DNA of 64,000 nt from the NCBI GenBank assembly GCA_900696575.1, contig CAADHD010000025.1, positions 85,753 through 149,752 on the forward strand, given 5' to 3'. This DNA is from an uncultured Bacteroidota bacterium (GTDB lineage: Bacteria; Bacteroidota; Bacteroidia; AKYH767-A; OLB10). The first letter of the stretch is position 1. Each line of letters begins with the position of its first letter. Below are positions 21,801 to 28,424 of the stretch, piece after piece. The notes beneath the pieces were generated by a model. The model ran no database searches. It was not told the origin of the DNA and saw only the letters and a program-made list of their open reading frames with translations. A program made the translations under genes and the position numbers.

Positions 21801-22532
21801 TTACGTCTTGGCGGAGCTCAGGAATACTACAATGTAAAAGCTGACCTGAGTACTTACGGAAAAGTAATCGGAGGCAACATGCCCATTGGCGCTATCGCAG
21901 GTCGCAGGGAATTTATGGATGCTTTAGATGGTGGCTTCTGGCAGTTTGGAGATAACTCGGTTCCCGAAGTAGGGGTTACATATTTTGCCGGAACATTTGT
22001 CCGTCATCCTTTAGCCATGGCTGCCATGAAAGAAGTTTTATTGTACCTCAAAAGAGAAGGCAAGCCGCTGTACGAAAAACTGAATGCAAAAACACTTCGC
22101 CTGACCGAAGAAGTAAACGCACATTCAAAACAGTTGGGTTCTCCTTTCAAATTAGTAACCTTCGGTTCGTTATTTAAAGGTAAATGGGAAACAGAACCGC
22201 AGTTCACTGAATTGTTATTTGCCTTAATGCGTTACAAAGGTGTACACATAATGGATGGATTCCCTTGCTTCTTAACCCTGGCTTATACTGATGCTGATGT
22301 TGATTTTGTAATTAAATGTTTCAAAGAATCATTGAGCGAACTCTGTTCACTGGGTTTCATTCCAACAGCGAAAGCAAATGGAATTTCATCAAACGGTTCA
22401 ACCGGACACGCAAATGCCCAAACCATGCCTCCCGTTCCTGGAGCTAAGCTTGGTAAAGATGCCAATGGCAAGCCTGCCTGGTTTATTCCTGACCCGGAAA
22501 GGCCCGGTAAGTATATGCAGGTGATGAAATAA
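15801..22532 (+). CDS. hybrid NRPS-PKS megasynthase. The domain order is adenylation (aa 25-525), PCP (Ser573), ketosynthase (aa 640-1065, Cys810), malonyl-specific acyltransferase (aa 1155-1450, Ser1253), ACP (Ser1589), an M/Q-rich linker, then a class-III (GSA-like) aminotransferase (aa 1770-2180, Lys2021).
   Basis: A motifs LFTSGSTGNPKG (A3), FDVSF (A4, Asp present), NHYGPTE (A5), YKTGDLARY (A7), GRADGQVKVRGYRIELAEVE (A8), PSGKIDK (A10). PCP has GGNSL. KS has HTGCSTS, ETHGTATPLGDP and NFGHL. AT has GQGSQ, GHSIGE and HAFHS. ACP has GLDSL. The aminotransferase has DEVITGFR and the PLP-lysine motif YGKVIGGN. Catalytic residues were verified at nt 17517, 18228, 19557, 20565 and 21861. Confidence 0.9.
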   Translation: MATSLTAKQKDMLERFNHTDVSFPDLTLAALFNLQVISTPGAEAVRYHQHSLTYSQLNQKANRLAHFLRRKGAGRNEYIGLCVDRSLEMAWSILGILKSGAAYVPFDAFYPMERISYMIRQSDIKTVMVQKEYTSLFNSSGIEVITFEELDDLLKNENPENPQVINQPDDAAYVLFTSGSTGNPKGVEMIHRALINLLHWQNTKTTLGTKAVTLQFAPVSFDVSFQEFFSTWTTGGCIVMIDDDFRLNAVKLLHFIEDQKIERLFLPFIALQYLAQVAVESNIFPKCLKDVITAGEQLRITAAIRKFFTELPHTKLHNHYGPTETHVITAFTLPVDVSRWTELPPIGTPISNTKIFLLNDAMLPVEIGEEGELYAAGEALARGYIHAEELTNERFLKNPFGEGRIYKTGDLARYLPDGNIEYLGRADGQVKVRGYRIELAEVESAVEKWQDVKQAVAIVREDEPGNKKLAVYVRMKEEKNFSPAKIRSHLKAILPDYMISSFIVQVNDFPRTPSGKIDKRSLPKPDNKRPDLGNVFMEPASDLQKLLAALWCDLLGIDHAGTEDNFFDLGGNSLLALQMIARLKTEHGYDLPVVKLYRHPTIKGIEKDLSGNDSESFYDKAHARLKKEKVPAEIKSVEDGIAIIGMAGKFPGAKNTDELWQILEQGKETTKFFSKEELDSTIPEEIKNDPSYVAARGVIDDSDKFDAAFFGMNPKVAELMDPQQRVMLETAWAALENSGYTADKFQGLIGVFAGMGNNTYFTHNVLSDKEAIERVGSFLVMTANEKDYIATRIAHEMNLKGPAISIHTGCSTSLVAVASAFESLLNHKCDMALAGGVSITSPVNSGHLYNEGGMFSSDGHTRPFDAKATGTVFSDGCGVVVMKRYSDAVHDGDTIHAVIRGAALNNDGAEKASFTAPSVEGQAMVVAMAQAQAGIEPDSITYIETHGTATPLGDPIEVEALTLAFRDKTDKKQFCAIGSVKSNFGHLTPAAGVTGLIKTVLAMRNKKIPATLHFCSPNPAIDFENSPFYVNNKLIDWKTDDIPRRAGISSFGVGGTNVHVIVEEPPEQRPSGIASSRHLMLISAKTENALEESTSNLKTYLSGNPGINLADAAYTLQTGRKHFHHRRFLVCSNHQFDTITPKNSGSRKLESPATGVVFMFPGQGSQYAGMGQNLYRDEMVFKHAVDQCAAQFEKHLKRDIRQILFPSPEKVSEADQLIKETVYTQSTLFTIGYALSELWMSWGMKPSALIGHSIGEYAAACIAGIMSLEDACFLVAHRGSMMQSMPPGSMLSVRAAHAEVEKHLSPKLSIAAINGPELCVVAGESSEVEKLQTELEKKEIVCKLLATSHAFHSVMMEPVVIPFEEKVRSIKLNEPQIPVFSTVTANLMKPEEATDASYWSNQIRKPVRFAEGIQTIWKAHPGYVMLELGPRNTATTMARQQSADPKKQIAIPSLGDTSLNDAEWESMFSAIGQLWLCGLEINWQNFYALETRNRVPLPTYPFERKRYWKDVFPEKQQPSMQPVPAPTVLTTPEINYPVQKIITSQENTAMTNRKERLMAELKDMFEDASGIDMKNANPDVSFLEIGLDSLFLTQSALSISKRYGVKVTFRQLNDDLSSLSALTSYLDNKLPAEASTPPSSSATTQPPSSLLSVNVPPSLPPGTSNLNLFMMQQMQMMQMMMQQMMQQNTPQPVAPSVQAHIEKSVEIKSHTKKEDITENEKADLAKPFGAIARIEKSGHAELTETQKKWLSDFLDKYISKTKKSKTYCQEYRSWLADPRVVTGFKPALKEIIYQVVVNKSKGVKMWDLDGNEYVDVLNGFGSNFFGWGCDVLLNVWKKQLEEGVELGPQTPLAGECARLICELTGYDRAGFCNTGSEAVLGAMRIARTVTGKNLIVCFNGSYHGINDEVIVRGTKSLKSFPAAAGIPKESVQNMLVLDYGTKESLDIIKERIDEIAAVLIEPIQSRRAYFHPREFIHDVRKVTQENGVLMIFDEVITGFRLRLGGAQEYYNVKADLSTYGKVIGGNMPIGAIAGRREFMDALDGGFWQFGDNSVPEVGVTYFAGTFVRHPLAMAAMKEVLLYLKREGKPLYEKLNAKTLRLTEEVNAHSKQLGSPFKLVTFGSLFKGKWETEPQFTELLFALMRYKGVHIMDGFPCFLTLAYTDADVDFVIKCFKESLSELCSLGFIPTAKANGISSNGSTGHANAQTMPPVPGAKLGKDANGKPAWFIPDPERPGKYMQVMK

Positions 22533-22694
22533 CTTCTGATTGTTATTTAAAAACCTTAATTAATTTTTTTTAAAGGATTACTTTTAGTACTGTTTTACTC
22601 AATTTCACCTGGTTTCAGTTTTTTGATTCTTTCCGAATCAAAACAGTTACTTCCCTTTAACATCTCTTTAACTACCTGCCTGTAAGTGCGCCCG

Positions 22695-22702
22695 TACATT
22701 TG
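22695..22702 (+). promoter_or_regulatory. Bacteroidota-type -7 promoter box TACATTTG (consensus TAnnTTTG) upstream of the moxR-bat operon
   Basis: Perfect match to TAnnTTTG, 63 nt upstream of the moxR start codon. Confidence 0.35.
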
Positions 22703-22764
22703 TGCGCGAACAACCTATTAACATTTACTTGTATCATTCTTAAAATCACTTTCACGCTGTTGCT

Positions 22765-23781
22765 ATGACCTTAGCCACCGGAAACAACACTGTTATGACC
22801 GACATAAAAGAAATCAATGAGCGCATTCATCATGAGAGCGCATTTGTGGAAATTCTGCACCTTGAAGTAGGAAAAAAAATCATCGGACAACGTTACATGC
22901 TCGACCGCCTGCTCATTGGCTTGCTGGCTAACGGCCATCTGCTTCTTGAAGGCGTTCCCGGCCTTGCAAAAACATTGGCCATCAAATCGCTTTCATCAGC
23001 CATTGATGCCCGTTTCAGCCGCATTCAATTTACTCCTGATTTGCTTCCTGCCGACTTAATCGGCACCATGATTTACAACCAGCGCAAAGAAGAATTTACA
23101 GTGAGAAAAGGCCCCATCTTCGCTAACTTTATTCTGGCTGATGAAATAAACCGCGCCCCCGCTAAAGTACAGAGCGCTTTGCTCGAAGCCATGCAGGAAA
23201 AGCAGGTAACCATAGGTGAAGAAACTTTTAAACTTGATGAACCTTTTTTAGTTCTTGCAACCCAGAATCCTATTGAACAGGAAGGCACCTATCCTTTACC
23301 AGAAGCTCAGTTAGACCGTTTCATGCTGAAAGTAGTGATAGGCTATCCCAATAAAGAAGAAGAAAAACAAATCATCCGGCAGAATCTTAAATCAGAAGAA
23401 ACTCGCATAAATGCTGTTTTGAAAAAGGAAGATGTGTTGCGCGCGCGCAAGGCATTGCACGATGTGTATATGGATGAAAAGATTGAGCATTACATTCTGG
23501 ATATTGTTTTTGCCACCCGTAATCCCGAAGAGCATAAACTCAGCAAAATCAAAAACCTGATAAGTTATGGCGGATCTCCCCGTGCAAGTATAAATCTGGC
23601 TCTTGCTTCCAAGGCATTTGCGTTCATCAAACGCAGAGGTTATGTAATTCCTGAAGATGTGCGGGCTGTAGCGCATGATGTTTTACGTCACCGTATCGGC
23701 CTCACTTACGAAGCCGAAGCAGAAAATATAACACAGGAGCATATAGTGAGTGAAATTCTGAATGCAGTCGAAGTTCCTTAA
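22765..23781 (+). CDS. MoxR-family AAA+ ATPase
   Basis: Walker A GVPGLAKT, Walker B ILADEINRA and the MoxR C-terminal region. It is the first gene of the aerotolerance operon. Confidence 0.85.
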   Translation: MTLATGNNTVMTDIKEINERIHHESAFVEILHLEVGKKIIGQRYMLDRLLIGLLANGHLLLEGVPGLAKTLAIKSLSSAIDARFSRIQFTPDLLPADLIGTMIYNQRKEEFTVRKGPIFANFILADEINRAPAKVQSALLEAMQEKQVTIGEETFKLDEPFLVLATQNPIEQEGTYPLPEAQLDRFMLKVVIGYPNKEEEKQIIRQNLKSEETRINAVLKKEDVLRARKALHDVYMDEKIEHYILDIVFATRNPEEHKLSKIKNLISYGGSPRASINLALASKAFAFIKRRGYVIPEDVRAVAHDVLRHRIGLTYEAEAENITQEHIVSEILNAVEVP

Positions 23782-23822
23782 TGGTTTGAAAACCCATTAG
23801 CTTGAAATTATTCCTTGCCTGA

Positions 23823-24707
23823 ATGCACAACATGGAAACAACAGACTTACTCAGAAAAGTCCGCAAGATTGAGATTAAGACAAGGGGATTGTCGAGTCAG
23901 ATATTTTCGGGCGAGTATCACTCTGCTTTTAAAGGCCGCGGTATGGCATTCAGTGAAGTAAGGGAGTACATGCCCGGTGATGATATCCGCAGTATTGACT
24001 GGAATGTAACAGCCCGTTTCAATCATCCTTATGTAAAAGTATTTGAAGAAGAAAGGGAGTTAACCGTAATGCTGCTGGTGGACGTAAGCGGCTCGGGTTC
24101 TTTCGGTACACGAAAGCAGTTAAAGCGTGATCTGATTACCGAACTCTGTGCTGTGCTTTCATTCTCCGCCATTCAGAATAATGATAAAGCCGGTGTGATT
24201 TTTTTTAGCGATAAAATTGAATTGTTCATTCCTCCCAAAAAAGGAAAGACACACATTCTGCGCATTATCCGTGAACTGATCAACCTCGAACCCGAATCGC
24301 ACGGAACTGATCTCGGTATGGCATTGCGTTATTTCACCAACATGATTAAAAAACGAAGCATCGCTTTTGTCATTTCCGATTTCAAAAGTAAAAATTTTGA
24401 AGACTCCCTTAAAATAGCTTCACGAAAACACGATACCGTAGCTATTCGCATTGCTGACCGCCATGAAAAACATTTACCGGATGTTGGCTTAGTCAGAATG
24501 CAGGATGCCGAAACCGGCCAATTCCGGTGGGTGGATACATCCAGCGCTGCCGTAAGACTCAGGTTTGAACAGTGGAACAGAACATACACCGCTCAGCTCG
24601 AATCTATGTTTAACCGCAGTGGCATTGACCACACTGTTATAGAAACAGGTATGAATTACGTTACTCCGTTAATCAATCTTTTTAAAGCGCGCGAACGAAG
24701 ATTTTAA
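23823..24707 (+). CDS. DUF58 domain protein (vWA-like partner of MoxR)
   Basis: The DUF58 core sequence VREYMPGDDIRSIDWNVTAR. Confidence 0.8.
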   Translation: MHNMETTDLLRKVRKIEIKTRGLSSQIFSGEYHSAFKGRGMAFSEVREYMPGDDIRSIDWNVTARFNHPYVKVFEEERELTVMLLVDVSGSGSFGTRKQLKRDLITELCAVLSFSAIQNNDKAGVIFFSDKIELFIPPKKGKTHILRIIRELINLEPESHGTDLGMALRYFTNMIKKRSIAFVISDFKSKNFEDSLKIASRKHDTVAIRIADRHEKHLPDVGLVRMQDAETGQFRWVDTSSAAVRLRFEQWNRTYTAQLESMFNRSGIDHTVIETGMNYVTPLINLFKARERRF

Positions 24708-24710
24708 ATT

Positions 24711-25664
24711 ATGAGGCCGGTACTGCTATTATTCATTCTTATTGTTTCCTTCCGTTCCTTCGGACAGAAAGCGGTTGCCACCCTTGACAGTACCGAAATG
24801 CAGATAGGCCGTCAAATCAACTTGCATCTTGAACTTACTCATCCTAAAGGAAAAACATTTACATGGCCTTCCCTGCCCGATTCGATTCAGAAAATCGAAG
24901 TGCTAAAACGCTCGCAGCTTGATACCTCCTTCAGCGCTGACGGTAATGAGCTTACCATTCGCCAATCCATTTTACTTACCTGTTTCGATTCCGGCTATTA
25001 TGCCATTCCTCCATTTCGTTTTACCGATACTGCCAATAAAGATTCATTAACCAATTATTCGGAAACGGCTCCGCTGCTGCTCTCTGTTTTTACGGTTGAA
25101 GTAGATACCACTGCCTCTATCAAGGACATCAAGCCCGTCATTGAAATGCCCCTGACATGGAAAGATTTTGTTCCCTATGCTGCCGGTGTATTGGCGCTTG
25201 GCCTGGCAGTTTTTATTGGCATACTTCTTTACCGGAAGTTTAAAAAGAAACCGGTTATGGCTGAAAAGAAAATTCCTTCGCTCCCTGCCCATGAAATTGC
25301 CTTAAAGTCATTGGCGCAACTCGAAGAGAAAAAGCTTTGGCAGCAGGGTCAGATAAAATCTTACTACACCGAACTTACCGACATTTTGCGAATCTACCTT
25401 GACCATCGCTGGCAGATGAATGCCATGGAAATGACTTCAGATGAAATTCTGCAGTATCCTGTTGTTTACAAGTTAGATGATTCAGTCAAAAACAGGCTGC
25501 GATACATTTTCACCATTGGCGACCTGGTCAAGTTTGCCAAAATGATAACAGTACCTCACGAAAACGAACAGTGCATGATGAATGCCTATGAATTTGTTAA
25601 TGCAACTGCTCATAAAACATTAGCAGATGGAAATTCTGTAAGAAAGGAGGAAATGGCAGTATGA
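24711..25664 (+). CDS. hypothetical membrane protein of the Bat operon
   Basis: Signal peptide plus a central TM helix. Its position between DUF58 and batA matches the Bacteroides bat operon architecture. Confidence 0.5.
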   Translation: MRPVLLLFILIVSFRSFGQKAVATLDSTEMQIGRQINLHLELTHPKGKTFTWPSLPDSIQKIEVLKRSQLDTSFSADGNELTIRQSILLTCFDSGYYAIPPFRFTDTANKDSLTNYSETAPLLLSVFTVEVDTTASIKDIKPVIEMPLTWKDFVPYAAGVLALGLAVFIGILLYRKFKKKPVMAEKKIPSLPAHEIALKSLAQLEEKKLWQQGQIKSYYTELTDILRIYLDHRWQMNAMEMTSDEILQYPVVYKLDDSVKNRLRYIFTIGDLVKFAKMITVPHENEQCMMNAYEFVNATAHKTLADGNSVRKEEMAV

Positions 25665-26656
25665 TGCACGATATTGTATTTGCACAACCCGGTTACTTCT
25701 GGCTGCTGCTGCTCATTCCGGTTATGATTGCTTATGAATTTCTTGTAGCAAGAAAAAAAAGACCGCAGATAATTTATTCCGACCTTGAACCCTTTGAAAA
25801 AAAACCGTTGACTTTCAGAGAACGATTTGTGAATACTCCGTTGTTTTTACGCTCTGTTGCTGTTGCTTTGATTATCGCAGCACTTGCGCGGCCGCAGTCA
25901 TCATCAAAAAGCACCAGCGTAACTACTGAAGGAATTGCCATTATGCTGGCTATGGACCTTTCAAGCTCCATGTTAGCCGAAGATTTAAAACCCAACCGGG
26001 TTGAAGCGGCCAGAAAAACAGCTATTGATTTTGTTGATGCACGAACAAATGACATGATTGGCCTCGTGATTTTCAGCGGTGAATCGTTTACCCAATGTCC
26101 GTTAACAAGCGACCATGCCGTGTTAAAAAACATGATTGCCAAAATGAAAAGCGGAATGCTGCTTGACGGAACCGCTATTGGCGAAGGATTGGCAACTGCC
26201 ATTTCACGGCTCAAAGACAGTCCTGCAAAAAGTAAAGTCATCATTCTTTTAACTGACGGAGTAAACAATGCAGGCGCTATTGCTCCGGTTACTGCCGGAG
26301 AGATTGCAAAGTCCTTCGGTATTCGTGTTTATACTATCGGAGTCGGCAAGCAGGGCATGGCTCCCTACCCGGTGAAAACTCCATTCGGCATTCAATATGT
26401 AAACCAGGAAGTACAGATTGACGAAGACATCATGAAACAGATTTCATCGGCTACCGATGCCAAATACTTCCGCGCTACCGACAATAAAAGTTTGAAAAAC
26501 ATTTATGCAGAAATTGACAAACTGGAAAAGACCAAGGTGGAAGTTTCGGAATACAAACGATACAGCGAAGAATACCTGCCATGGTTGTTGGCAGCCGGTT
26601 TGTTTCTTCTATTGGAAATGGTTTTACGCTACACTTTATTCAGAACATTGCCATGA
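25661..26656 (+). CDS. batA: aerotolerance protein BatA (vWA domain)
   Basis: Two N-terminal TM helices and a vWA MIDAS motif DLSSSM. Confidence 0.8.
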   Translation: MMHDIVFAQPGYFWLLLLIPVMIAYEFLVARKKRPQIIYSDLEPFEKKPLTFRERFVNTPLFLRSVAVALIIAALARPQSSSKSTSVTTEGIAIMLAMDLSSSMLAEDLKPNRVEAARKTAIDFVDARTNDMIGLVIFSGESFTQCPLTSDHAVLKNMIAKMKSGMLLDGTAIGEGLATAISRLKDSPAKSKVIILLTDGVNNAGAIAPVTAGEIAKSFGIRVYTIGVGKQGMAPYPVKTPFGIQYVNQEVQIDEDIMKQISSATDAKYFRATDNKSLKNIYAEIDKLEKTKVEVSEYKRYSEEYLPWLLAAGLFLLLEMVLRYTLFRTLP

Positions 26657-27699
26657 TACGCTTTGCAAATCCCGAATTCCTGTGGCTGCTGGCCGTGATT
26701 CCCGCTATGACATTCATTTTTATTTTAATGCTATGGTGGAGAAAACGGGCATTAAAAAGATGGAGCGATACTGAATTACTTGGAAATCTGATACCGACAA
26801 AATCCTCTGTAAAACCTGTTATTCGGTTTGTGCTGCTGATGCTGGCATCGGCTTCCATAATACTTGCCATTGCCCGTCCGCAAATAGGAACAAAGATGGA
26901 AGAAGTAAAACGCAAAGGCTCTGACATCATGATTTGCCTGGATGTAAGCAATTCCATGAATGCAGAAGATATACGCCCTACCAGACTGGAGCGCAGCAAG
27001 CAGGCAATTTACCGCATGATTGAAAAATTGCGGGGAGACAGAATCGGATTAATTGTGTTTGCCGGTCAGGCTTATGTACAGTTGCCCATTACTACCGATT
27101 ACAGCGCTGCCAAACTTTTTCTTTCTACCGTCAGTACCGATATGGTACCCACACAGGGAACTGCCATTGGTGCAGCCATTGACCTTGCCATGGAAAGCAT
27201 TAATGACTCCATAGGAAAGAATACCACTTTTGTAATTATTACCGATGGAGAAAGTCATGAAGACAATCCGGTTGAGAGTGCAAAAGCAGCCGCTGAAAAA
27301 GGAATTGTAATTCATACCATTGGCATGGGGTCGCCCGAAGGGGCACCCATTCCGGTTTATCGAAACGGAATACGTACGGGGTTTATGCAAGATAATTCGG
27401 GAAGTACGGTAATCACCAAAATGAATCCGGTAGCCCTTAGCGAAATTGCAGAAGCCGGCAGAGGAAAATTTGTACAGGCCAGTAATTCGGATGACGGATT
27501 AGACATTATCCTTAAAGAAATCAACGAAATGGAAAAGAAAGAGCTTGGCACTTTGCTTTATACTGATTACGAAGAACAGTATCAGTACTTTATACTGTTT
27601 GCATTGTTATTTCTGATGATGGAGTTTTTGATGAACGAACGCAGAAGCCGCTGGATTGAAAAATTAAAATCAATAGCCGAATACAGAAAAGCCGCATGA
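26653..27699 (+). CDS. batB: aerotolerance protein BatB (vWA domain)
   Basis: Start placed at the ATG that overlaps the batA stop (ATGA). The track's upstream Met at 26581 lies inside batA. MIDAS motif DVSNSM. Confidence 0.8.
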   Translation: MIRFANPEFLWLLAVIPAMTFIFILMLWWRKRALKRWSDTELLGNLIPTKSSVKPVIRFVLLMLASASIILAIARPQIGTKMEEVKRKGSDIMICLDVSNSMNAEDIRPTRLERSKQAIYRMIEKLRGDRIGLIVFAGQAYVQLPITTDYSAAKLFLSTVSTDMVPTQGTAIGAAIDLAMESINDSIGKNTTFVIITDGESHEDNPVESAKAAAEKGIVIHTIGMGSPEGAPIPVYRNGIRTGFMQDNSGSTVITKMNPVALSEIAEAGRGKFVQASNSDDGLDIILKEINEMEKKELGTLLYTDYEEQYQYFILFALLFLMMEFLMNERRSRWIEKLKSIAEYRKAA

Positions 27700-28424
27700 G
27701 AAGTTTGATTGCATATCTGCGACTATGGGTAAGCCTCTTGATGCTTTTTCCCCTCCTGCTCCATGCCCAGCCTGAAAAAGGAAATATCCGCAGTGGAAAT
27801 AAAGCATATCAGAAAAATAATTTCAATGAAGCGGAAATCAGATACCGCAAAGCGCTGGAAAAAAACAATGCATCCTTCAATGCCAATTATAACCTTGGCA
27901 ACGCCCTTTACAAACAGGAAAAGTTTGAAGAAGCATCGCGCCAGTATAGCGCTGCCGCCAACCTTTCCCCCGATAAAAGTTCATCAGCACGCGATTATCA
28001 TAATCTGGGTAACAGTTTTTTTAAGCAACATAAATTTAAGGAGAGTATTGAAGCCTATAAGAATGCTTTACGCATAAATCCTTCTGACGAAGAGACAAGA
28101 TACAATCTTGCTTATGCACAAAAAATGCAGAAAGAGCAGGAACAAAATCAGCAGAATAAAAATAAAGACAACCAGAATCAGGATAAGAATCAGGATAAGA
28201 ACGAAAATCAACAGAATGAAGACGGGCAGAAAAAGCAGCAGAATGAACAGAGTCAGCAACAAAATGCCGCTAATCAGCAAAAACAACCCGGGCAACCTGA
28301 ACAGAAAATTTCAAAGGAAGATGCCGAGCGCTTACTTCAGGCGTTAAGAAACAATGAAAAAGAAATTCAGAAACGGTTGAACAAAATAGAAGGGCAACGG
28401 ACAAGAACAGAAAAGCAATGGTAA
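27696..28424 (+). CDS. batC: aerotolerance protein BatC (TPR protein with a Q/N/K-rich low-complexity tail)
   Basis: Signal peptide, TPR repeats and operon position. Confidence 0.7.
   Translation: MRSLIAYLRLWVSLLMLFPLLLHAQPEKGNIRSGNKAYQKNNFNEAEIRYRKALEKNNASFNANYNLGNALYKQEKFEEASRQYSAAANLSPDKSSSARDYHNLGNSFFKQHKFKESIEAYKNALRINPSDEETRYNLAYAQKMQKEQEQNQQNKNKDNQNQDKNQDKNENQQNEDGQKKQQNEQSQQQNAANQQKQPGQPEQKISKEDAERLLQALRNNEKEIQKRLNKIEGQRTRTEKQW

Noticed and set aside
16218-22471. About 14 short minus-strand or alternate-frame ORFs (60-139 aa) listed inside the NRPS-PKS gene
   Set aside because: All lie within a 6.7-kb frame that shows continuous, motif-verified domain homology. None has a recognisable motif or an independent start context, so they are spurious.
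26505-26774. An 89-aa ORF spanning the batA/batB junction, and the track's upstream start for batB at 26581
   Set aside because: The real batB start is the ATG at 26653, which overlaps the batA stop (ATGA coupling) and is followed directly by the TM helix. The upstream extension lies inside batA coding sequence in another frame.
28068-28347. Two track ORFs (75 aa on the minus strand, with ILILILIL content, and 79 aa on the plus strand, with RIRIRIR content) inside batC
   Set aside because: They are alternate-frame or antisense translations of the Q/N/K-rich repeat region of batC. Their low-complexity composition is an artefact of the repeat, and the well-supported batC frame explains the DNA.
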